From an uncultured Gammaproteobacteria bacterium (GTDB taxonomy: Bacteria > Pseudomonadota > Gammaproteobacteria > Steroidobacterales > Rariloculaceae): a stretch of DNA of 64,000 nt. How positions within the stretch are numbered: position 1 is the stretch's first letter; each line of letters starts with the position of its first letter. The stretch lies in contig CAYLKA010000002.1 in the NCBI GenBank assembly GCA_964384125.1, positions 657-64,656 on the forward strand. Reading direction: 5' to 3'. The notes below the pieces were generated by a model, which saw only the letters and a program-made list of their open reading frames with translations, did no database searches and was not told the origin of the DNA. Below are positions 9,018-18,844 of the stretch, piece after piece. A program made the position numbers and the translations under genes.

Positions 9018-10922
9018 TCAGAATCGGACCCGGGCGCCGGCGTAGGCCGCAACGCCGCCCGATCGAAAACCGGTGACTTCCTGGTAGCCCTCGTCGGTCA
9101 TATTTTCGAGACGGCCGAAGGCCTCCAGCCTTTCACTGACCCTAAACGTCGCACTGATATCGAGGACCTGGTAGTCATCGAGGGGCACTCGACCGATACC
9201 GAAAAGCTCGTCTACTGAATTTCTCGAAAACCGATAATTGGCGAGCAACCTGAGCCTGTCATCGGTGGAAGAGAAACGAACGCTTACGTTGGCCAGGTGT
9301 TTTGGTCTGCGGATACGCTGCCGACCTTCCTGGTTCTCCGTGTCGTTGACAGTAAGGTTGCCCAGCAGGTCCCACTGCCTTGAGATGGGGCGTTCGAAGA
9401 AGACCTCGATCCCTCTTGAGAGATTGCTACCGAGGGCCTGCAGATAGCCGGAGAAACTTGCTAGGTCGAAGAAAATCTCGTCTTCGATGATCTGATTAAA
9501 ATACGTTGCGCCCACATAGAGCCCACGAAGCTCAACGTACTCGATGCCGACGTCGAAGCCGCTACTGGATTCCTCCAAGAGGTTGACGGCTGAGGTTGGT
9601 GGAAAAGCGAACGGGCCGTTGTTGTAGGCAATCTCCGAGAGGCTAGGTGCTCGGAAGCCCGTGCCGTAAGTGGCGCGATACTTGAGCGTTGCACCGGTCG
9701 CCAACCGCTGAAGATAGGCCGTGGAGACCCTAGCGCTCGTGTGTTTTCCGAAGTCATCGTTGTCATCGCGGCGGGCGCCCGCCGTGACGAATAACGTACC
9801 GTTGAACTGGGTCTGGTACTCGAAATAGGTTCCTCTCTGGGCACGATCGAGATTGTCTTTACTGCTGCTCGTGATCTGTTCCCGTTCGAGGTCGACGCCG
9901 TACACGAAGGTAGAGGCCGAACCTACTTCAACGCTGCCAGTGTAGTCGATGCGATGAATGCTCCCATCTGTTGTGAAGGATTCGACACCTGCCCAGAAAT
10001 CGCTGCGTTCTATATCGGTGTTCGCAAGTGCGAGCGAATGTGAAAACCTGCCGGCGCTATAGTCTCCAGAGAGTTTTAGGGCTGTCTGTGAGATAAACCC
10101 AAAGCAGTCGTTCGTAACGGGAAACCCACATCGATCGAATTCATTCTCGGCCTCAATGTCGCGAGCAACTAACTGAATTCGGATATCCTCGGTCGGCGTC
10201 CAGCCCGCTTTCGCGTGCAGGGTAGTGTTCTCATAGCCGTCATCGTCAATCAGATCGGTATCCGATGTCCTAGAGTTATAGCCATCGGAGGACAGGTCGG
10301 AGATGGAGAAAAAATAGTCTCCAGTGGCACTGCCGCCTGACAGGTTGCCCTCCAGCTGTCTGCTGTTGTAAGCGCCGTACTCCAGGTTGGCCTCTCCTGT
10401 CATGGGGCCTTCGCCTGTCCGGGTCAGAATGTTGACTACACCCCCCGCATCCGCGCCGTAGATGAAACCCTGTGCACCCCTTAGAATTTCTATTCGTTCG
10501 ATATCACCGGCGGTTAATAGGTGCTCGAAGGTTGGTCCCACCTGAGTCCCACTAGGATCCGCCAGCTCCACGCCATCGATCATGACGAGCGTCCGGTACC
10601 CCTCTTCACCGCGGATCCGCAGAGCGGTGGGCTTGCCTGCGCCGCCCGTATTGCTAGCGGCAATCCCAGCTTGGGTTCGTAATAAATCTGCCATGGAGTT
10701 GTATCCGCTGAGTTGAATGTCTTCTGCGGTGATTATGGACACTGCTGTTCCTAGCTCTCGTATCGGCACGACGATTTTGCTGGAGACTATGATTTCGTCC
10801 TCGAGAACGCCCTCGGATTGCAATGCTGCGATTTGAGCGAGCGCCGGCTCGGGAACACCGAGGCTTAGTGACAAATAGAGATATGCCATGGCGATGCATG
10901 CAGGAAGGTCTATACGCTTCAT
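9018..10922 (-). CDS. btuB: TonB-dependent outer-membrane receptor, BtuB-like (cobalamin)
   Basis: Signal peptide, TonB-box-like DEIIVSS, plug domain (ITAEDIQLSGYNSMADLLRTQAGI, LRIRGEEGYRTLVMIDGV) and a terminal aromatic ...GARVRF. It is the last gene of a B12-riboswitch-controlled operon. Confidence 0.8.
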   Translation of the reverse strand: MKRIDLPACIAMAYLYLSLSLGVPEPALAQIAALQSEGVLEDEIIVSSKIVVPIRELGTAVSIITAEDIQLSGYNSMADLLRTQAGIAASNTGGAGKPTALRIRGEEGYRTLVMIDGVELADPSGTQVGPTFEHLLTAGDIERIEILRGAQGFIYGADAGGVVNILTRTGEGPMTGEANLEYGAYNSRQLEGNLSGGSATGDYFFSISDLSSDGYNSRTSDTDLIDDDGYENTTLHAKAGWTPTEDIRIQLVARDIEAENEFDRCGFPVTNDCFGFISQTALKLSGDYSAGRFSHSLALANTDIERSDFWAGVESFTTDGSIHRIDYTGSVEVGSASTFVYGVDLEREQITSSSKDNLDRAQRGTYFEYQTQFNGTLFVTAGARRDDNDDFGKHTSARVSTAYLQRLATGATLKYRATYGTGFRAPSLSEIAYNNGPFAFPPTSAVNLLEESSSGFDVGIEYVELRGLYVGATYFNQIIEDEIFFDLASFSGYLQALGSNLSRGIEVFFERPISRQWDLLGNLTVNDTENQEGRQRIRRPKHLANVSVRFSSTDDRLRLLANYRFSRNSVDELFGIGRVPLDDYQVLDISATFRVSERLEAFGRLENMTDEGYQEVTGFRSGGVAAYAGARVRF

Positions 10923-10933
10923 TCAGTCTTCCT

Positions 10934-11719
10934 CTATTGGCCTTCTCTGTCAGTCCTTTGCCACGGCAGGACGAGAGGGCCGCTCGAAGTGCATTCCTGT
11001 AGCGTGGAGATTTTGTATACGGTTTGGAGGTTGGCGTCACTGAGGACCTGATCGGGTCGACCTTCCGCAACCACTTGGCCTTGATCGATGAGGATCAGGC
11101 GGTCCATGAATCGGGCTGCCAGTGTTAGATCGTGCAGCACGGCCAATACCCCGGATCCTTCACTGGCCTTATCTCTCAGAATCTCCATTACGTGAATCTG
11201 ATGGTAAGGGTCGAGCTCGGCGATAGGCTCGTCCGCGATGAGGAGCGGTGCCTCGACGGCGAGCGCGCGGGCGAGCAAGATACGAGCGCGTTCCCCGCCG
11301 GAAAGTGAAGTCACGCTGCGTTGTGCGAACGACGCGGCTTCCACCGCCGCGAGCGCGCGGTCTACGGCAGCCTCACACTCCGGGGCTGGGGGGCCGAATC
11401 CGTGCCGGTAAGGAAACCGGCCGAGCATAACCACAGCGCGGGCTGGCAACTGCCACTCGACATGGCGTTCCTGGGGCAGGTAGGCGAGCCTTCTCGCACG
11501 CTGTAATGCCGACAGCTCACTCAGGGGTACACCATCGATGGCGAATCCTCCGGTGCTGGGGTTTCCTGCCCCGATGATCGATCGCAACAGAGTCGATTTC
11601 CCCGCACCGTTCGGGCCGATCAGACCGACCAATTCACCTTGCTCCAGGGTCATCGATAGGTCGTCGACGATCTTGTGATGGCGTGCCTGAATCGAAACGT
11701 TGGTGACTTCCAGCTTCAT
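10934..11719 (-). CDS. ABC transporter ATP-binding protein of the FecE/BtuD/HmuV type
   Basis: Walker A GPNGAGKST, signature LSGGERAR and Walker B LLIADEP. Overlaps the permease gene by 4 nt. Confidence 0.85.
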   Translation of the reverse strand: MKLEVTNVSIQARHHKIVDDLSMTLEQGELVGLIGPNGAGKSTLLRSIIGAGNPSTGGFAIDGVPLSELSALQRARRLAYLPQERHVEWQLPARAVVMLGRFPYRHGFGPPAPECEAAVDRALAAVEAASFAQRSVTSLSGGERARILLARALAVEAPLLIADEPIAELDPYHQIHVMEILRDKASEGSGVLAVLHDLTLAARFMDRLILIDQGQVVAEGRPDQVLSDANLQTVYKISTLQECTSSGPLVLPWQRTDREGQ

Positions 11720-12717
11720 ACCCCGTAAACCGACTTGAGTCGTAGGATGAGAAACAGGAAGAAAGGTCCTCCGATGAGGGCAGTCACGACACCCAGCTTC
11801 AGCTCGTTGGTGGTGCCGATCGTTCTAACCAGGAGGTCAGCGGATAGCAGAAGGATGCCTCCCGCCAACGCGCTCGCCGGCAGCAGTCGACTGGGCTGGT
11901 GGCCAACCAGGGGTCGCAACAGGTGGGGAACCACCAATCCCACGAATCCGATGACACCGCTAACCGCCGTGCAGGCTCCAACGCTGATTGCAGTGCCAGA
12001 GACAACAAGAAATCGAACTCGTTTCAGATCGATACCAAGACTCAGTGCCGCCTCCTCGCCTAGGCTTAACGCGTCCAGAGCTCGTGCGCTGGCGGCCAGT
12101 AGCAGCCAACCCGCAAAGATGAAGGGTGTGGCCAACCAGACGTGCGTCATGCTTCTGTCGGTGATGGACCCTAGCAACCAAAAAACGATTTCCAATGAGG
12201 CGAAGGGGTTGTCAGACAGGTTGAGTGCCAGAGACGTTAACGCGCCACACAGGCTTGAAATCGCCACGCCCGCCAAGATGAGTGTCAGGACGCTGCCGGC
12301 GCCGGCGAGAGCTTGCAGCAATAGGACCGCGACCAAAGCTCCACCAATTGCCATTAGCGGCAGAGCGAGAGGGAACGCGAGCGAAAGTCCGGTGTAAATG
12401 GCGATTACGCCGCCGAGAGCCGCTGCCGTTGATACGCCGATCACGCCTGGCTCTGCCAGGGGGTTACGTAAATAGCCCTGTAGCGTGGCGCCGGAGAGGC
12501 CAAGGGTGGCGCCAATTGTGAGGCCGAGAATTGCTCTCGGCAAACGGATTTCCCAGATGATCAGCGATAGGACCTGGGTGTCTCCCTCATCGATCATTGC
12601 AAGGAGGCCGGAGACACCTGTACCGGCGGCACCAACGACGACCGACGCCGCGAATAAAATAGTTGTTAGCACGGCGAGCGCCGCTAGAAGAGCAAGGAAG
12701 CGGGGTCTTTCAATCAC
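11716..12717 (-). CDS. FecCD-family ABC permease (BtuC-like)
   Basis: 333-aa polytopic membrane protein with the FecCD pattern (...GPIGFVGLVVPHLLR..., C-terminal GGPFFLFLIL). Confidence 0.85.
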   Translation of the reverse strand: MIERPRFLALLAALAVLTTILFAASVVVGAAGTGVSGLLAMIDEGDTQVLSLIIWEIRLPRAILGLTIGATLGLSGATLQGYLRNPLAEPGVIGVSTAAALGGVIAIYTGLSLAFPLALPLMAIGGALVAVLLLQALAGAGSVLTLILAGVAISSLCGALTSLALNLSDNPFASLEIVFWLLGSITDRSMTHVWLATPFIFAGWLLLAASARALDALSLGEEAALSLGIDLKRVRFLVVSGTAISVGACTAVSGVIGFVGLVVPHLLRPLVGHQPSRLLPASALAGGILLLSADLLVRTIGTTNELKLGVVTALIGGPFFLFLILRLKSVYGV

Positions 12718-13603
12718 TCAGGCGGCCTTGAGCAGTCCCCAAGTCGTCCCGGGCGCGTCGCAGAATTGCGAGTGCTTCGAGCGTGCGCACAGAGCCACAA
12801 ATCCACAATGGATCTGGCACCTCGATCAGCGTTGTTCGTTCTATCAGTGCCCGCATTGCCGGGTGACGCATCGTTTCGGAAACCAGCGCCGGTGGCTCAT
12901 CCCACGGATGGCCTAAATCCATCAGCTGGGGCTCCAATAGCAGGAGTTCCTCAAGTGAAACCCTACGCCCTCCGGAGAAACCGAGCCTCTCGCCCAGCGG
13001 CTCGAAGCCGGCTGTTCGGGCAACGTCAGCCACGAGGGAGTCGCTCCCGGTCATCCATCCGTCGGCCTCGTAGCTCACAAATAGTGGCCGTGGGCCGGCA
13101 TCGCGGTAGGCCTGGTGTTCGATCTCAGCATCAAACTTGGCGATAACGGTGTTTGCCCGCGCTTGCTCGCCGACGGCGTCTGCGAGTGCACGAAGGTTTG
13201 CTGCTATGTCATCGAGACTCGTTGCCATTGGCAACTCGACGACGCTGTATCCCAGTCGTTTCAGAATGGCTACGGTTGGTCGAAAGCCAAATGGAGCCGC
13301 GAGGACGAGATCTGGGTCAAGCGCGATGACTTCTTCTGCGGTGCCGCGGTTCGCGTAAAGGCCATCAGCCTCCGAGCCAACCCAGGAGGAATAGGGGTCC
13401 GCAGTCAGATGCGACAGTGAGACGATCCTTTCACGTTCCACTAGAGTCAAGAGTAATTGGTCGGTGCAGACGTTGATCGATACGATGCGCTGAGGTTTGT
13501 CGGCGGCGGGTGCGGTGGCCGCGCCAAAGAGGAGAAACAGCCAGGCGCAACATCGGGCAAGCGTTCGTCTCGAGATTCGTTGGCGGTTTCCTACAACCGG
13601 CAT
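12710..13603 (-). CDS. Periplasmic cobalamin/siderophore-type binding protein (BtuF-like)
   Basis: Signal peptide followed by RIVSINVCTDQLLL, the class III substrate-binding-protein start. I prefer ATG 13603 (MPVVGNRQRISRR...), which has GGAG 7 nt upstream, over the ORF-track GTG at 13651. Confidence 0.8.
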   Translation of the reverse strand: MPVVGNRQRISRRTLARCCAWLFLLFGAATAPAADKPQRIVSINVCTDQLLLTLVERERIVSLSHLTADPYSSWVGSEADGLYANRGTAEEVIALDPDLVLAAPFGFRPTVAILKRLGYSVVELPMATSLDDIAANLRALADAVGEQARANTVIAKFDAEIEHQAYRDAGPRPLFVSYEADGWMTGSDSLVADVARTAGFEPLGERLGFSGGRRVSLEELLLLEPQLMDLGHPWDEPPALVSETMRHPAMRALIERTTLIEVPDPLWICGSVRTLEALAILRRARDDLGTAQGRLSD

Positions 13604-13754
13604 CGCCGCACTCCGTCCACAGGTCAAAATCCGTGACAACGCTACCGCCACGCACGCCGCACACAGATTAAAGGTACGAACGCAGCAGCATACCGTCGCC
13701 GGTGTCGCCGCTGCGGTTGGACCGCTCCGCTGAGGTAACCCGCCTCCCGGATGG

Positions 13755-13930
13755 ACGACTCGACGGCAGGTCTCCTGGCTCGCGGCTCACGGCCCGTCCT
13801 TCTGCCTTCCCAGGCTCACACCCAGTGGCAATACTGAAGACGAACTAGCCGTTTACAGTTGCGGGTACAGCCACGGCTTTGGCGACAGAGCGCCGCACCG
13901 TGTTCCCTTTCAAACCCCATAGGGGTACCG
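13755..13930 (-). promoter_or_regulatory. Cobalamin (B12) riboswitch aptamer upstream of btuF-C-D-B
   Basis: The reverse strand reads GGTACCCC..GGGGTTTGAAAGGGAACACGGTG...GCCGTGGCTGTACCCGCAACTGTAAAC...GCCACTGGGTGTGAGCCTGGGAAGGC...GAGCCAGGAGACCTGCC. All the hallmark blocks are present in canonical order: AGGGAA..GGTG, CCCGCAACTGTAA, GCCACTG..GGGAAGGC, and the B12 box AGCCAGGAGACCTGCC at 13765-13780. Confidence 0.9.
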
Positions 13931-13980
13931 TCGTCATCTACTATAGGATTAGTCAGTTTGACTCGCAAGCCGCGATAACT

Positions 13981-14970
13981 ATGACCGACGTACTGCCAAC
14001 AGCGCACGATGTCGAGGAAGTCCATGGCCGTCTGATGGACTGGCTTATTGAGACACCTGTGCTGGAGTTCGAGGTGTTGAACCTTAGAGCGGGTTCTCGT
14101 GTGCTCGTTAAGGCTGAGTCTCTGCAACATACGGGCAGCTTCAAGATTCGGGGTGCGTTGAATCGGCTCCTCCAGTTGGGATACGAAGAGAGAAGTGCGG
14201 GTGTGGTCGCTTTCTCCTCCGGCAATCACGCTCAGGGTGTTGCAATGGCGGCTAAGTGGCTCGGTGTGAGCGCGACTATCGTCATGCCAAAGGACGCACC
14301 AAAGATCAAACAGTTCAATACACGAACTCTAGGCGCCGAGATTGTGCTTTATGACCGCTACACCGAAGATCGGGAACGCATCGCTACAAAGATCGCACAG
14401 GAGACCGGTGCCGCACTGGTCCCCGCGTTCGATCATCCCGATATCATCGCGGGGCAGGGTACGGTTGGGCTAGAGACGGCGCGTTATGCTCGCAGCAGAG
14501 GTCTGGAGCTGAATGCCTTCTATTGTCCATGTGGAGGCGGTGGGCTCATCGCAGGTTGTTCGCTGAGCATTAATTCGTTTTTCGACGATTGTTCGGTGTT
14601 CGCAATTGAACCCGAGTCATACGACGATACGAAACGCTCGCTCGAATCCGGCGAGAGGCAGATGGTTTCTGGTCATCCGCCGACTATCTGTGATGCGCTG
14701 ATGGCCCCTATGCCTGGTGCGATCACGTTTGCCTTAAATCGTGAGCTGCTTGCTGGTGGTATCACGGTGACGGATGGCCAGGCGGCGCACGCCGTTGCGT
14801 TTGCTGCTCGCCACCTGAAGCTAGTATTGGAGCCCGCCGGCGCCGTCGCGCTAGCCGCCGTTCTGGCCGGCGCAGCTAAGGGTTTAGACTGCGTTTCGCT
14901 CGTCTTGAGCGGTGCCAATGTCGATAATGAGCGGTTCTTGAGCATCCTTGGTGAGTATCCTGACCCATGA
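13981..14970 (+). CDS. PLP-dependent threonine/serine dehydratase family enzyme
   Basis: Has the PLP-lysine motif SFKIRGA, SSGNHAQG and a Gly-rich CPCGGGGL loop. Start moved to ATG 13981 (MTDVLPTAHDV), because the ORF-track start at 13879 would run through the riboswitch on the other strand. Confidence 0.8.
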   Translation: MTDVLPTAHDVEEVHGRLMDWLIETPVLEFEVLNLRAGSRVLVKAESLQHTGSFKIRGALNRLLQLGYEERSAGVVAFSSGNHAQGVAMAAKWLGVSATIVMPKDAPKIKQFNTRTLGAEIVLYDRYTEDRERIATKIAQETGAALVPAFDHPDIIAGQGTVGLETARYARSRGLELNAFYCPCGGGGLIAGCSLSINSFFDDCSVFAIEPESYDDTKRSLESGERQMVSGHPPTICDALMAPMPGAITFALNRELLAGGITVTDGQAAHAVAFAARHLKLVLEPAGAVALAAVLAGAAKGLDCVSLVLSGANVDNERFLSILGEYPDP

Positions 14971-14989
14971 GCGACAGGAAGACACGGAG

Positions 14990-17900
14990 ATGAGCGTTTC
15001 GGCCCTGCCAGTTGGGAACTTGCGTGACGTTCAGGACGTCGACGAGCGCTACCGCTTGGAGACGGGCACGATCTATCTGACCGGGCTGCAGGCCCTGGTG
15101 AGGTTGCTGCTGTTGCAGGCTCAGCGGGACCGGGATGCTGGCCTGAACACAGCGGGGTTTGTGTCCGGGTACCGGGGCTCCCCCCTTGGCGGCATCGACC
15201 AGGAGTTCTGGAGGGCGCGAGCTTTTCTGGAACGGGTGCCAATACATTTCCAACCAGGCGTCAATGAAGAGCTGGCGGCAACAGCCGTTTGGGGCACTCA
15301 ACAGATCAACCTATTCCCCGCTTCGCGTCACGACGGCGTGTTTGGGTTCTGGTATGGGAAAGGACCGGGTGTCGATCGTTCTGGTGATGCGTTAAAGCAC
15401 GCTAACTTTGCTGGCACGGCTAAGCACGGCGGTGTATTGGTCGCCGCGGGTGACGATCACGTCTGCAAGTCATCCACGCTGCCCCAACAGAGCGAGTATG
15501 GCTTCATCGACGCAATGATTCCTTTGCTAAATCCAACGGACGTGCAGGACGTGTTGGAGCTGGGTCTCATGGGATATGGGCTTTCCCGATTCAGCGGTTG
15601 TTGGGTGGGTTTGAAGATGACCGAGGGAAACGCGGATTCTTCACAAACGGTGCTGCTCCCACGGGAGCTCGAGATCGTCCAGCCGGAGTTTGAAGTGCCC
15701 GATGGAGGGCTTCATATCCGCTGGCCAGATGAACCAAACGATCAGGAGTACCGACTCCAGCACTACAAGATCTATGCAGCGCTGGCTTTTGCGCGTGCTA
15801 ATCAGCTGAATCGAATCATGATCGACGGGCCCCGGCCGCGGTTCGGAATCGTGTCGACGGGCAAAGCCTACCTGGATGTTCTGCAGGCTCTGGAAGAACT
15901 CGGCATTGATAAAAAACGTGCTGGGGAGATTGGAATCAAGCTATTCAAGGTAGGCATGAGTTGGCCTCTGGAACCGGAAGGAATCCGCGATTTCGCAAGA
16001 GGTCTCGAAGAAATTCTCGTCGTCGAAGAAAAGCGGGCCGTGGTGGAGAATCAGCTCAAAGAGCAGTTATATAACTGGGAGATGGATTCGCGACCCCTGA
16101 TTGTCGGCAAGTTCGACGAGCGAGGCGAGTGGATGCTTCCGTCGAGTGGCGATCTTACGCCAACAAGAATCGCCCGAGTCATTGCGAACCGACTTTCGCG
16201 TTTTCACACCAGCCCCGATATAGAGCAGCGGGCCCAGTTTCTCGATAGACAGGCGCGCTTACTGGAGGAGTCCGAACAAACGGCAAAGCGCTTACCCCAT
16301 TTCTGCTCCGGTTGTCCCCACAACACATCGACGCGTGTACCGAAGGGCAGTCGGGCCATTGCTGGAATCGGCTGTCACTTCATGGCCGTCTGGATGGACC
16401 GCGACACGGCTACTTTCACCCAGATGGGGGGCGAGGGTGCTACCTGGCTCGGGCAGGCGCCGTTTACGGATACATCTCACGTGTTCCAAAACCTGGGCGA
16501 CGGTACGTACGCGCATTCGGGCTTGTTAGCAATCCGAGCGGCTGTCGCTGCTGGCGTGAATATGACCTACAAGATTCTTTATAACGATGCCGTCGCTATG
16601 ACGGGCGGTCAGCCAGTTGAGGGGGGATTCAGCGTGGCCGAGGTTGCCGCTCAGCTCTCGGCCGAAGGGGTGAAACGAGTCGCCGTAGTCACTGATCAGC
16701 TCGCACAATATGGCGGTCAGATGAGCCTTCCAGCTGGAGTTTCGGCTTATCACCGACGAGAGCTCAATGTCGTACAGCGCGAACTGAGAGAAGTGAGTGG
16801 TGTCTCGGCTCTCATCTACGACCAGACGTGTGCCGCCGAGCTGCGCCGGCGTCGCAGGCGCAATCAGGAGCAAGATCCAGCTCGATGGGTAACGATCAAT
16901 CCCCTCGTGTGCGAAGGTTGCGGCGACTGTAACGCCGTGTCTAATTGTCTCTCCGTCGTTCAGTTGGAGACGGAGTTCGGTCGCAAGCGTGCAATCAACC
17001 AATCGGCTTGCAACAAGGACTTTAGTTGCTTAGAGGGTTTTTGTCCTAGTTTTGTCGTTTTGGAGGGTGTGACGCGTAAGGCGTCGGAACTGGTGGATTC
17101 ATCGCAGCTACCGGATCTGCCGGAGCCCCAGATCGCGCAAGGGGCGCCTTACAACGTGCTGATCTCGGGTATCGGTGGTACGGGTGTAAGCACGCTTGGC
17201 GCGATACTGGGAATGGCTGCTCACTTAGAGGGGCGCTGCGTGATGGCACTGGATCAGACCGGGCTGGCTCAGAAGTTCGGTGCGGTATTGTCACACGTGC
17301 GCATCGGCGCCAATCAGGAACAACTGCATTCGCCTCAGGTCCCCGTGGGCAGTGCTGATTTGCTTCTGGGTGCGGATTTGATCGTTGCGACGCACGATGA
17401 ATCGCTCGCGAAACTTTCTGCCGAACGTACGAGCGTTGTGGTCAACACGCACGAGGAAATGCCGGCAGCATTTATATTCAACCGTGACTTGGAGTATCAA
17501 GGCGCATCGATGCTATCCACTCTTGCCCGTAAGTGCCGTGAGGAAGCCCTCGCGACAATCGATGCGACAGGTCTCGCCACGGCGTTATTGGGAGATGGCA
17601 TTTTCTCTAACCTGTTCTTGCTAGGCGTGGCGAGTCAAAAGGGACTCCTGCCGGTTTCTGCAACGGCGATCGAACGGGCCATAGAACTCAATAAAGTGGC
17701 TCTCGAGCAAAACAGGGCCGCCTTCCGATGGGGCCGACACGCGGCACTGGACCCAGAGCTATTGGAACGTTTCGCTGGGCCGGCGTCGACCCAGCAACCA
17801 ATGGCTGAAAGCCTGGATGAGGTGATCTCGTGCCGAGAGCGCTTCCTCGAAAGCTACCAGAGCGGAAAGTACGCTAGTCGTTATCGAGCGTTAGTGGAAC

Positions 17901-18478
17901 GCGTCAAAGAGGTGGAAGGGCGGATGCAGCCGGGCTCTAATGTTCTCGCGGACACAGTAGCCAGGAGTTACTTCAAGCTACTTGCGTATAAGGACGAATA
18001 CGAGGTCGCCCGCTTGCATGCCAAGACGACGTTCCTAAATGACGCGAGGAGCAAATTCGCGGGCAAAGCTAAGCTTAAGTTCTACCTTTCGCCTCCGTTA
18101 ATTGCCCGCTTGGACCCCGAGACCGGTCGCCCGAGGAAGTATGAGTTCGGTGGCTGGATATTGCCGGTGTTCAGAGTTCTAGCAAGCCTACGCTTTCTCC
18201 GGGGCACACCGTTCGATCCGTTCGGCTACACCGCGGAGCGGCGTGCCGACAGACGCCTCATCTTGGGCTTTGAGAGTCTCCTTGCCCGAGTTCTGGAGGA
18301 GGTGGACCCGTCTCGCTTGGAACTAGCCATTGAGCTGGCACGATTGCCGCAAAGCATTCGTGGTTATGGCCCCGTCAAACAAATAGCAATGCAAAGCGTA
18401 GAAACTCTGGAGGCCGAGTTGCTAGAGGCTTGGTCGCGGCCGGAGCAAATCGATCCGCCTAGGAGGACAGCTGCCTGA
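14990..18478 (+). CDS. Indolepyruvate ferredoxin oxidoreductase family protein (fused alpha/beta, about 1160 aa)
   Basis: N-terminus ...VDERYRLETGTIYLTGLQALVRL, a TPP region GDGTY.HSG, the 4Fe-4S motif CEGCGDCNAVSNC and a C-terminal IorB-like domain. The start is ATG 14990 or GTG 14948. Confidence 0.85.
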   Translation: MSVSALPVGNLRDVQDVDERYRLETGTIYLTGLQALVRLLLLQAQRDRDAGLNTAGFVSGYRGSPLGGIDQEFWRARAFLERVPIHFQPGVNEELAATAVWGTQQINLFPASRHDGVFGFWYGKGPGVDRSGDALKHANFAGTAKHGGVLVAAGDDHVCKSSTLPQQSEYGFIDAMIPLLNPTDVQDVLELGLMGYGLSRFSGCWVGLKMTEGNADSSQTVLLPRELEIVQPEFEVPDGGLHIRWPDEPNDQEYRLQHYKIYAALAFARANQLNRIMIDGPRPRFGIVSTGKAYLDVLQALEELGIDKKRAGEIGIKLFKVGMSWPLEPEGIRDFARGLEEILVVEEKRAVVENQLKEQLYNWEMDSRPLIVGKFDERGEWMLPSSGDLTPTRIARVIANRLSRFHTSPDIEQRAQFLDRQARLLEESEQTAKRLPHFCSGCPHNTSTRVPKGSRAIAGIGCHFMAVWMDRDTATFTQMGGEGATWLGQAPFTDTSHVFQNLGDGTYAHSGLLAIRAAVAAGVNMTYKILYNDAVAMTGGQPVEGGFSVAEVAAQLSAEGVKRVAVVTDQLAQYGGQMSLPAGVSAYHRRELNVVQRELREVSGVSALIYDQTCAAELRRRRRRNQEQDPARWVTINPLVCEGCGDCNAVSNCLSVVQLETEFGRKRAINQSACNKDFSCLEGFCPSFVVLEGVTRKASELVDSSQLPDLPEPQIAQGAPYNVLISGIGGTGVSTLGAILGMAAHLEGRCVMALDQTGLAQKFGAVLSHVRIGANQEQLHSPQVPVGSADLLLGADLIVATHDESLAKLSAERTSVVVNTHEEMPAAFIFNRDLEYQGASMLSTLARKCREEALATIDATGLATALLGDGIFSNLFLLGVASQKGLLPVSATAIERAIELNKVALEQNRAAFRWGRHAALDPELLERFAGPASTQQPMAESLDEVISCRERFLESYQSGKYASRYRALVERVKEVEGRMQPGSNVLADTVARSYFKLLAYKDEYEVARLHAKTTFLNDARSKFAGKAKLKFYLSPPLIARLDPETGRPRKYEFGGWILPVFRVLASLRFLRGTPFDPFGYTAERRADRRLILGFESLLARVLEEVDPSRLELAIELARLPQSIRGYGPVKQIAMQSVETLEAELLEAWSRPEQIDPPRRTAA

Positions 18479-18496
18479 TGCAGGTAGCCAGTGCGA

Positions 18497-18844
18497 TCAC
18501 AGGGCGGACTTGGTTTCCTCCGCGGTAGCGCAACAGATACATCTCACCGCAAAGGGGTAGGCCTTTAAGCGTGCGCCAGGAATCTCCTCATCACAGGTCA
18601 CGCAGATCCCGTACGTGTCGTCCTTGATCTTTTGCAAAGCCTGGGCGATATGGCTGAGCTCAAGCCGAGTTTCATTGCCCAGGGCATCCATCACCTCGGC
18701 GTTCTCAAGCTCCTGAGCCTGTTCCTGAGAATCGGCGCTGTGTCCACCGATCAGGTTGTCTTTGATCCGTTCCAGGCGATTCGCCAACTCTTCCCGTTTG
18801 GCGAGGAGGATTTCCTTAATCTCGGCACACTCCTGAAATGTCAT
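18497..18844 (-). CDS. DksA/TraR family C4-type zinc-finger protein
   Basis: Coiled-coil N-terminal half, then C.TCDEEIPGARLKAYPFAVRCICC (CxxC-x17-CxxC). Start set at ATG 18844 (MTFQECAE). Confidence 0.75.
   Translation of the reverse strand: MTFQECAEIKEILLAKREELANRLERIKDNLIGGHSADSQEQAQELENAEVMDALGNETRLELSHIAQALQKIKDDTYGICVTCDEEIPGARLKAYPFAVRCICCATAEETKSAL

Noticed and set aside
13879-13980. N-terminal extensions in the ORF track. Affected starts are the dehydratase at 13879, SDR at 5979, EtfB at 41472, NHL protein at 44946, metalloprotease at 49097, MBL hydrolase at 52459, DUF1080 at 61615, IDI at 28132, ModF-like at 7867 and the SQS at 22819.
   Set aside because: The extensions have no counterpart in the respective families, overlap neighbouring genes or the riboswitch, and remove the signal peptides. 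Internal ATG/GTG codons with Shine-Dalgarno-like sequences give family-typical N-termini.
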